From the IMG/VR virus record IMGVR_UViG_3300035698_035359, positions 26,260 to 90,259 of that record: a DNA stretch of 64,000 nt. One strand, 5' to 3'. Positions 56,605 through 64,000 of this stretch are shown here, piece after piece. A program made the position numbers and the translations under genes. Below the pieces are notes generated by a model, which made no database searches, was not told where the DNA came from, and saw only the letters and a program-made list of their open reading frames with translations. The DNA comes from a virus. Position 1 is the first letter of the stretch, and every line of letters starts with the position of its first letter.

Positions 56605-57425
56605 TATATTTCCTCCTTCTTCAACTTCAACTCTTTTGGTATTAAGTCATCAATATTTATCTCTGTAGGATGGTTAGAATCTCCTACTTTACCTAACAGC
56701 CTATCCCTAATAATTAGCGGATTTTTTCTAGTGACTTTTAAAATTTCTAGCCTTTCAGGTGCTGGTTCTGCCCAATGGTGATATTGATGCACAATCACTT
56801 TATCCATAAATGGAATTTTACCTAAGATAGCTTTGATTCTATACCACAAATCATTATCTTCTGCACCATAACCAAAATAATTTTCATTCATCCCACCTAA
56901 AACATTTAAGAAGAATAGTCTATCGGCAAACCATATACCGCCTATTGTTTCTATGTTACTAGTAAATTGTATTCTTACTATCGGATTATCTCTACCTGGA
57001 AGACATACTATATTGCTATAAGCATTGAAAAGTAATGTATTTCTACCTTCTTCCAAGGATTTTAGTCTAAATAATATTAATCTTTTAAAATATTCTTTAT
57101 CAAATAAAACATCTGCATCTACAACTAAAATGTTATTGGTTGCTGCTGCCTTTATTCCTACGTTTACACACCAACTCTTATTGAAAGGTCTATCATCTTT
57201 TAATATAATATGTTTAGTCACTAGTTGAGGAACTCTAAAATGACTATGTTCTTTAAGTTCTTCTACCAATATTGTATCAAACTTAATAACATGCTCTATA
57301 TCAAGTTTATTTACAAACACTCTCTTTTGTACTCTAATACATTCAAATAAATCTTTTAGTGCTTGCTCTCTAAGCCCACCACCATAAGTGTAAGGAATAA
57401 TTATACTAAATTTTATTGTTTTCAT
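56604..57425 (-). CDS. GT2/GT7 galactosyltransferase-like protein
   Basis: IIIPY, FNKSWCVNVG, DAD, GGMNENYFGYGAEDND, HQYH. Confidence 0.85.
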   Translation of the reverse strand: MKTIKFSIIIPYTYGGGLREQALKDLFECIRVQKRVFVNKLDIEHVIKFDTILVEELKEHSHFRVPQLVTKHIILKDDRPFNKSWCVNVGIKAAATNNILVVDADVLFDKEYFKRLILFRLKSLEEGRNTLLFNAYSNIVCLPGRDNPIVRIQFTSNIETIGGIWFADRLFFLNVLGGMNENYFGYGAEDNDLWYRIKAILGKIPFMDKVIVHQYHHWAEPAPERLEILKVTRKNPLIIRDRLLGKVGDSNHPTEINIDDLIPKELKLKKEEI

Positions 57426-58321
57426 AGATTATTTATAACCCCATGTACCCTTCCCCAAATCTGATATCGATTTAGCATTAAGTCTCTAGCTTCTGCTATA
57501 TCTGTCATATGTTCCTCTCTAAAATTACTATTTAATAAGTCAATAATTTCTTCAGGTGTAGTTTTAAAGACATCAAGATACACAAAAGAATTCTTAGGTA
57601 TATATTTTTCTAGACCAATAGCTCCATAATAAATAGGACAACACCACATCAACATACTATCAAAAAATCTTTCTCCCCAATAATTAGCATTTGTTCTTTT
57701 AACAAATTCTAAAGAGTATTTGTAAGGTTCTAATCCTTTTCTTTTACCAAACCAATATTTACTTCCCCAGTTAGGATGTCCTTTATCTATGCCAAGCAAC
57801 CCTTTATAACTATTAGCTAAACTTTGTTCCTTTGGCAATTCAGGATGTATTCTCCCATATAAATCTACTCTATCAGGATATTTTTTACAAAAATCCATCA
57901 TATATTCTATTCTAATTCTATGATTAACATGATTTCTTTCATTAGATAATATACAACTTAAATCTTTAGTCTTTTGAGGTGGTTTCATAGCTACGAGAGT
58001 GTCATAGTCTTCATCTAGCCACCATTCTCCAAATCCAAAAGTATCTCTCTGGTCTAACTTAGCTACGCATTTTTTATCATCAAAATTTACATACGAGCTA
58101 TGAGCATATGCGTGAGCACCTATATAAATTTTCTTTTCAGCAGGAACTTTATCTTCCCATTCTCTAGAGTAATCTATAAACACTACAAAATCAGCTTTAT
58201 TTGGGTCAGTTATTCCTTCTATATTTTTCCATATACCTTTTCTTCCTGGAGTCATCTTTTTAAGATGCTCTAATAGTATATCATTAGTATATGAAGTTTG
58301 TAAAAAGCATACTTTAATCAT
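57422..58321 (-). CDS. GT10 family fucosyltransferase-like glycosyltransferase (paralog of 52757-53689)
   Basis: KMTPGRKGIWK, GEWWLDEDYDTL, YKYSLEF...NYWGERFFDSML...PIYYG. Confidence 0.8.
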   Translation of the reverse strand: MIKVCFLQTSYTNDILLEHLKKMTPGRKGIWKNIEGITDPNKADFVVFIDYSREWEDKVPAEKKIYIGAHAYAHSSYVNFDDKKCVAKLDQRDTFGFGEWWLDEDYDTLVAMKPPQKTKDLSCILSNERNHVNHRIRIEYMMDFCKKYPDRVDLYGRIHPELPKEQSLANSYKGLLGIDKGHPNWGSKYWFGKRKGLEPYKYSLEFVKRTNANYWGERFFDSMLMWCCPIYYGAIGLEKYIPKNSFVYLDVFKTTPEEIIDLLNSNFREEHMTDIAEARDLMLNRYQIWGRVHGVINNL

Positions 58322-58348
58322 ATTATTGTATTCCTTTCATAGTTTTTA

Positions 58349-59608
58349 TTAACATGACTCTGGAAGTCTTGCTGGTTTCTTTCCTTCTTTTGGTATCTTC
58401 CAATCTGCTCCATAACATAGTTCTAAAAACTCTTCCGTATGACATGGAACTTTAAAAGTATATCCTTTAAACTCAAAATCTATTAAATTATCTAAGAAGT
58501 GTTTTGGATATCCTAGAGGACTTCTTTTAGGTGCAGCAACATACTTGTCTCCCTTATCTTCTGATAAAGTTACTTGTATTTTTTCTTTATCTCTTATATA
58601 CCACCTATCTTCAGGGAAACAAACTTCTTCTTTAGGAATGAAACATCCTTTCTTAATTAAATCTACTTCTACTTTATGGATTATTTTTTCTCTATCTTCC
58701 CAATGAGCTGATATATCCATATCTGTATCCCAAGAAATAAAAGCTCCATCTCTAACTAATCCTAACAAAGTTCCCCAACAAAGCCAATATTTTATATCGT
58801 GTTTTTTAAATGTTTCAACAGTATCTATTAGTAATCTTAAAGCATTATCTTGATGCATTTTAGCTTTATGTCTAATTCCAAATTCCCAATCAGGCATTCC
58901 CCAAATAAATATTTCTCTAGCTTCTAATAAATCTTCTTCAAAATCTATTTCTATGGAAGGAAAATTAGTTACATCTATCATATAAGTACCGTCATGATAA
59001 GGTTTCTGTTTAAGAAAGGGATTTATAGCATGTTCAAACCATTGATTCTTATCACACTCATAAAGATGTTTTTTAAAACGTGTAATATTATCAGTGAATT
59101 TTGCTATTCCCATAAACTCTCCATAAGAGTCTTTTATTTCTTTGCTTACCTCTAATATCTTATGTGGGAAATAACTCTCATCTACAGTAACTTTCATATC
59201 TTCTTCTATGTAATCTTTCTTTTGGATAGCCATACAATTTGAAACAGGAGATAATACTACATTCCTAATTACATCTGGATGGCATATTGTATCTCCATTT
59301 AATACTATAAAACCATTATCATTTTCTTCTAATGCCAATCCCAAAGAGAAGGCATTATTAGTAGTCGAATATTGGGTGTTGTATATTAACTCTACATTCA
59401 TATGATTATATTTTTCGATAAATTTTTCAACTTTATCATGTTGAAATCCAGTCACAATAGTAACATCATAAATACCACTTTTACTTAATCCATCTAATTG
59501 CCAACCTAATATTTCCTTTCCTCCGACTTTTAAAAGGCATTTAGGTGTATCATCAGTATAAGGTTTTAATCTTGTTCCTTGTCCTGCAGCTAGTATAATT
59601 GCTCTCAT
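58349..59608 (-). CDS. fusion: LicC-like phosphocholine cytidylyltransferase plus LicD phosphotransferase
   Basis: ILAAGQGTRL...PKCLL, NN..SL, LNGD, EIDF.EDL; then GTLLGLVRDGAFISWDTDMDI...YGADWKIP. Confidence 0.88.
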   Translation of the reverse strand: MRAIILAAGQGTRLKPYTDDTPKCLLKVGGKEILGWQLDGLSKSGIYDVTIVTGFQHDKVEKFIEKYNHMNVELIYNTQYSTTNNAFSLGLALEENDNGFIVLNGDTICHPDVIRNVVLSPVSNCMAIQKKDYIEEDMKVTVDESYFPHKILEVSKEIKDSYGEFMGIAKFTDNITRFKKHLYECDKNQWFEHAINPFLKQKPYHDGTYMIDVTNFPSIEIDFEEDLLEAREIFIWGMPDWEFGIRHKAKMHQDNALRLLIDTVETFKKHDIKYWLCWGTLLGLVRDGAFISWDTDMDISAHWEDREKIIHKVEVDLIKKGCFIPKEEVCFPEDRWYIRDKEKIQVTLSEDKGDKYVAAPKRSPLGYPKHFLDNLIDFEFKGYTFKVPCHTEEFLELCYGADWKIPKEGKKPARLPESC

Positions 59609-60354
59609 ATTTCATACTCCTTTAATTTACTTTTGAATTTCTCAAATTTATCTTCTCTGCAATAAGCAACAGCTAAATCATCTTCATCTTTGCAAAGAAA
59701 AACAAAATTCTTTCTCAATTTATCGAATATTTTTTCTTTAGGTTTCCAGACTTCTTTCCATTTACCAGTCTTCATCATCTCTTCCCATCTTCTATTAGTA
59801 TAGAAGCATACCAATTCTATACTTTCAGAGAATCTAGAAGTAATAAAGATTGTTGGAGAACTACAATTATTTACTACAATTGGCTTTGTTGTTTTAAAAT
59901 CATTTAGTTTATATTTAATATCACCAGCTTTCATTAAATCTTCTAACATTGATGGGCAAATTTGAGAAAAGTTGTCTATTGCATGAAAATTATCAAATCC
60001 TAATTTAGATAAATAAAATATAAGTCTACCCATACCAGCTCCGAAATCTTCTATTAATATATGCTTATCTTTGTAGAGTAAGTCAACCAAAAATAAAGGT
60101 AAATAATTAGAAACATATAAAATTAGATTATAGCGTTCATCCTCTCTTACTTTAGAGTCACAGTTAGGATAACATCTTGATAAAGGTAGTTTCTTGACAG
60201 AATCAGGGTCAAACCATCTACTTACTTTTTTATTTTCTAAATCATAGGGTCCATCGTGATTGTAAGTGTAATTTGAACATACATCTCTAATTACTTTTTC
60301 ATGACATTGGAGATTCTTATAAAAGTTTAGATTTTTAAATATATTAATAGACAT
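59605..60354 (-). CDS. class I SAM-dependent methyltransferase-like protein
   Basis: IEDFGAGMGR motif I, AIDNF. Confidence 0.6.
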   Translation of the reverse strand: MSINIFKNLNFYKNLQCHEKVIRDVCSNYTYNHDGPYDLENKKVSRWFDPDSVKKLPLSRCYPNCDSKVREDERYNLILYVSNYLPLFLVDLLYKDKHILIEDFGAGMGRLIFYLSKLGFDNFHAIDNFSQICPSMLEDLMKAGDIKYKLNDFKTTKPIVVNNCSSPTIFITSRFSESIELVCFYTNRRWEEMMKTGKWKEVWKPKEKIFDKLRKNFVFLCKDEDDLAVAYCREDKFEKFKSKLKEYEI

Positions 60355-61108
60355 GTACTTTATATTCCTCTAGTTGTTTTTTAAACTCATCATACTTATC
60401 TTTTCTGCAATAAGCTATTGAAAGTAGGTTTTGCTCTTCACATAATTCTACATAGCCACTACCCTTTAAGAAAGAACCAAAATCTTTTAGAAGAGCATTA
60501 TTACAATATACACAAACTAATTCAGTTGTCTCTATATTAAAGCCTTTTATTTTAGGATAAGAAGGATATCCGCAATGATTTACTACAACTGGTTTTGACT
60601 TATTCTTTTCATCGGAAATTATTTTTTGATTTTTAAGTTCAAGACAATCATTTAGCATATGTTTAACTTTAGGGTTTAATTCTGTAACTTTTTTCCAGAA
60701 ACTTTCTAGAAATTTTTGTGGCATCTGTGAAAAGTTATCAACAAAACTAAAATTAGTATATCCTAATTTAGATAAATAATAGCTAAATCTGCTTATGCCA
60801 CAGCAACTATCTTCTATTAAAATATCTTTCTTATCACGATACAGTAAATCTAATAAAAATATTCCTAAATAATTAGGTTGATAAAGTATCAATTCGTAAG
60901 AATTTTTTAATGTTATCTTCCAAAGAGGTTCTGTTCCTCTTATCTTTAACCATAAAGCATTCACTTTTTTAGGGTCAAACCACCAAGAAGGTACATGCTT
61001 TCCTGATTCCAAATCTTCTATATATTCCTTGTATATCAACTCAGGTAATTCGTTGTGCTTTTTAAGACTTTCAAATAATTCCGTATTCTTAAATATGTTT
61101 ATTCTCAT
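60344..61108 (-). CDS. methyltransferase-like protein (paralog of 59605-60354)
   Basis: IEDSCCGISR, DNFSQ, KPVVVN, AYCRKDK shared with neighbour. Confidence 0.55.
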   Translation of the reverse strand: MRINIFKNTELFESLKKHNELPELIYKEYIEDLESGKHVPSWWFDPKKVNALWLKIRGTEPLWKITLKNSYELILYQPNYLGIFLLDLLYRDKKDILIEDSCCGISRFSYYLSKLGYTNFSFVDNFSQMPQKFLESFWKKVTELNPKVKHMLNDCLELKNQKIISDEKNKSKPVVVNHCGYPSYPKIKGFNIETTELVCVYCNNALLKDFGSFLKGSGYVELCEEQNLLSIAYCRKDKYDEFKKQLEEYKVHVY

Positions 61109-61764
61109 AAAATGTATTCCTCCAATTTTGGATTTAATTTTAAAATTTTATCTCTAATTTGCTTAGAGTAATTTCTTACAAATATAGTTTTCATACTATT
61201 TTTATATTCTGGTATAATACCTTTCCTGTGTTTCTTTATAATTTCCTTTGTGCATTTAAGCTTATAAAGTTTTTTTTCATCTATCACATCAGTAAAATGG
61301 AGTATTGCTTTGGATATTTCTTTATGCATATCTTTAACTAATCCTTCATAAGTTATTATTGTTTTCTTTTTAGTATCATTAAAAAGCCATTTAGATATCT
61401 GGTCAACATATTGCTCTGTCCAAGAGTTTACATTATTTCTAAGTACTTTACCTCTAATATTTGTCATTTCTGGATATCTATTACTAAAAAATCTCATACA
61501 AGAAAAGACGCATTCTGCACTATTTTTACGATACAGATAAAGAACATTATTAGGTTGTAAACTTAGCTCCATATCATGTGTTCTAATAGCTAAATAATTA
61601 TCATTATTATGGATAAAACAAGCAGGTAATATTGGTCTTTCAAAGTACTGCTCTAACAAATACCATACCCAATGAGTTCCTGAGCGAGGAAAACTTATAA
61701 AATGTGGGAAATCTTTATTATATAAATAAGGATAACACTTTTTAATTTCTAGGAGTCTTTGCAT
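61105..61764 (-). CDS. sulfotransferase
   Basis: SFPRSGTHW PAPS-binding loop, RTH, LYR...S, ITYEGL. Confidence 0.8.
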   Translation of the reverse strand: MQRLLEIKKCYPYLYNKDFPHFISFPRSGTHWVWYLLEQYFERPILPACFIHNNDNYLAIRTHDMELSLQPNNVLYLYRKNSAECVFSCMRFFSNRYPEMTNIRGKVLRNNVNSWTEQYVDQISKWLFNDTKKKTIITYEGLVKDMHKEISKAILHFTDVIDEKKLYKLKCTKEIIKKHRKGIIPEYKNSMKTIFVRNYSKQIRDKILKLNPKLEEYIL

Positions 61765-62518
61765 ATCCCCACCTCACTAACTGTCCATCTAGTTCATAGA
61801 ATATAGACCATAGATGTTTGGGTACTAATTTTTTCCAGCCACCAACTTTTCCATCACCTATGTGATGAACATGCATATTACTTATGAAATTTACATTGTC
61901 AAATTCTTCTCGTAAATTCCTATTTATAACTATATCATTAGACTTTTGCTTATTAGCTTCTATGCTTGTATTTGCTATTATTTCCTCTCTTTTACTTTTT
62001 GGAATTGTGACATCAAAAAAGACTTCTATTTTTTCGAATAAATAATCATAGTTATTGAAAAAATCCTCATACCTTAACCATAATAAATTGTTTCTAAGAT
62101 GATATAGCTTACCCTTTTCTTCCATATATTCTCGTCTATATCTATTCAAATGTCCTAATTGCTTTCGTGTCTTTTCGACACTTTTAACTAGTTTAGTAGG
62201 TTCTGGAACAGAAATTAAATTCCTATTCTCATCAAACTGTCCATGGTGAATTCTCCATTGTGAACATGCACAATCTCTAAAGTCTCTATATCCAATTACT
62301 AATGGTAACTCCGTTTCTTCATATAGATGTGCAGTAGTTTCAACATCAAATAGATGCAATAAGACTTGTCTTAAAAAACTACCTCCACTTCTCGGTAACC
62401 AATATAGCTTTATTTTTTTCTCTATCATCATAGGATTATAACAATCAAGAATGGCTTTTCTATTTGCATCTCTCGCTTTTTCTTTACTGTCTGACATTTT
62501 AAGTTTTTTCCTTTTCAT
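61742..62518 (-). CDS. sulfotransferase
   Basis: LPRSGGSF, YRDFRD..CS, LRYEDF, HIGDGKVGGWK. Confidence 0.85.
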   Translation of the reverse strand: MKRKKLKMSDSKEKARDANRKAILDCYNPMMIEKKIKLYWLPRSGGSFLRQVLLHLFDVETTAHLYEETELPLVIGYRDFRDCACSQWRIHHGQFDENRNLISVPEPTKLVKSVEKTRKQLGHLNRYRREYMEEKGKLYHLRNNLLWLRYEDFFNNYDYLFEKIEVFFDVTIPKSKREEIIANTSIEANKQKSNDIVINRNLREEFDNVNFISNMHVHHIGDGKVGGWKKLVPKHLWSIFYELDGQLVRWGYAKTPRN

Positions 62519-63230
62519 TTATTAATTCCCACGATTTACCCCAAATTAATCCTTGAGATTTTCTTTTGAGATGTGTTAATATATCTTTATTTTTAGTATC
62601 ACCTCTTGAAACTTTATGCGTTTCATCCATTTCTTCACGACAAAATCCAGGATGGTAATGTTTTAATATTGCATCTTTACAATGTATGAACTTATTTAGT
62701 GAAGAAGCATATTCAAACATTTCTTCATCTTGATACAAAAAAGTATAATCTGGACATGCTATTTGTCTATCAGGATATCTTTCGATAAATTGTTTACCTA
62801 TTAAAGTTTGCCCAAATGGTTTATAAGTATATTCAGAGTGCCCAGGACATACCTGACTTAATCCTACAATACCATTAGTATCTTTGTAATTTTCTTTAAA
62901 ACATTTTACTGCATTTTCTAAGCATTCGGGATAAAGCTCTACATCATCACAAAGCCCTAACATAGCATCTTTTATGTTTTCGTTTCCTTGTGAATCCCTA
63001 GTAAATAGATTCCAACAACCCATAACATATTGATGGTCAAGTATTATAATAGGAAATACTTTATCAATACCTTTGTATTCTGTCTCAATATATTCAAAGC
63101 TTTCCACATCATTATTATCACACATAACATAAATCTTAAAGTCTTGGTGAGTTTGACATAGTATCGAATCAATACACCGTTTTAATTTTTTATGCCTCTG
63201 AAACGTAGGAATTACAATTGATAAATGCAT
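62499..63230 (-). CDS. GT2 family glycosyltransferase
   Basis: SIVIPTFQR, CIDSILCQT, LCDD, HYHP. Confidence 0.88.
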   Translation of the reverse strand: MHLSIVIPTFQRHKKLKRCIDSILCQTHQDFKIYVMCDNNDVESFEYIETEYKGIDKVFPIIILDHQYVMGCWNLFTRDSQGNENIKDAMLGLCDDVELYPECLENAVKCFKENYKDTNGIVGLSQVCPGHSEYTYKPFGQTLIGKQFIERYPDRQIACPDYTFLYQDEEMFEYASSLNKFIHCKDAILKHYHPGFCREEMDETHKVSRGDTKNKDILTHLKRKSQGLIWGKSWELINEKEKT

Positions 63231-63231
63231 A

Positions 63232-63714
63232 TTAACTTTCCTTCCCGTGATGTTTTACATCCATTTGTTCTATTGCATCTATGGTATTTATAAGTATTTG
63301 TTTAAGTTGCTCAGAATACTCAAACCTTTCAGCGTTCATTTCTAAGCTTTTATATATGTCACCCGTTTCGTGCCTCAAAGTGGCAGCTTTCCAATCACAC
63401 ATCATTTCAAGTAAATCAATTAAAGTCATATCGTTTATACCATTTTTAAAATGCTCTGGGTGGTGACGATTAACTTTAGTATGATGGTCTATCGCAACTT
63501 TCATTTCTTTCATATTTTGCATATATTCATCAGAACCATAAGGAGTATCTTTTAGCTTTGGGGTATATTCATTAAAAATTGATAGCTCTGGTTCTTGTAG
63601 TTTAGATTGGTCATGATTTTCTTGACGTTTCATAAGCTCTACAATAACAGCGTTAATATAATTGCGTACAGTTTCAATATGGCGCAATGTTTTAAATTGT
63701 GAATTTTGTTTCAT
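63232..63714 (-). CDS. DUF5662-like HD-superfamily protein
   Basis: HI..V, HDQSK, HH...NRHHPEH, EMMCDW. Confidence 0.75.
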   Translation of the reverse strand: MKQNSQFKTLRHIETVRNYINAVIVELMKRQENHDQSKLQEPELSIFNEYTPKLKDTPYGSDEYMQNMKEMKVAIDHHTKVNRHHPEHFKNGINDMTLIDLLEMMCDWKAATLRHETGDIYKSLEMNAERFEYSEQLKQILINTIDAIEQMDVKHHGKES

Positions 63715-64000
63715 TTTTCCTCCAATATTCGTATAACTTCTTTTAATAAATCTACAACTTTTCTTATTTTTGCTCTATATTTCATATTAGCTTCAGCGAT
63801 TTTATTATTCATTATTATTCCCTTTATTTTTAAAATTCAGTTGTAGCAAAAAAACAAGGAAACTTTTGTCCAGATTTAATTCTATTTTCTAATTCCTCTG
63901 CAAAAGTAATCACTATTGCCTTGCCATCTTTATCTTTTGTATCAGTATGATACTTGGTGCTTTTTAAGGCTTCTGCTGACATAGCTTCTATGGGTTCGTC

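Noticed and set aside
47589-64000. Host chromosomal LPS/capsule locus flanking a prophage
   Set aside because: No att site, integrase, wzx/wzy or ABC exporter; genes are interleaved with homing endonucleases and small phage-type ORFs and share the composition of the phage arm.

Overview
64 kb segment of a large, AT-rich tailed bacteriophage genome with siphovirus-type organisation; no integrase or host genes are seen in the window. There are four zones. (1) 1-8.9 kb: leftward early region of small genes behind near-consensus sigma70 promoters, including a SleB-like cell-wall hydrolase, a MoxR/CbbQ-type AAA ATPase plus vWA partner and an unannotated stand-alone zinc anti-sigma (ZAS-like) peptide. 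(2) ~8.9-10.1 kb: non-coding divergence region, possibly a terminus/pac/ori. (3) 10.1-47.6 kb: rightward ClpP, a cluster of 11 tRNAs plus 2 aberrant tRNA-like RNAs, then terminase, portal, protease/scaffold, capsid, tail and fibre genes. (4) 47.6-64 kb: leftward cluster of glycan-building and modifying enzymes (2 GT10 fucosyltransferases, GDP-fucose synthase fusion, GT2/GT7, LicC-LicD fusion, 2 sulfotransferases, CysC, 2 HxGH nucleotidyltransferases, 2 methyltransferase-like proteins) with homing endonucleases. The most striking signal is in the tRNA cluster: all 13 tRNA/tRNA-like units start on the base immediately after a CCA. Wherever no tRNA precedes, a dedicated acceptor-stem-like hairpin ending in U-CCA is present (5 cases), suggesting a CCA-punctuated maturation system and/or production of microhelix RNAs. 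All calls are from motif recognition by eye; no database searches were run.
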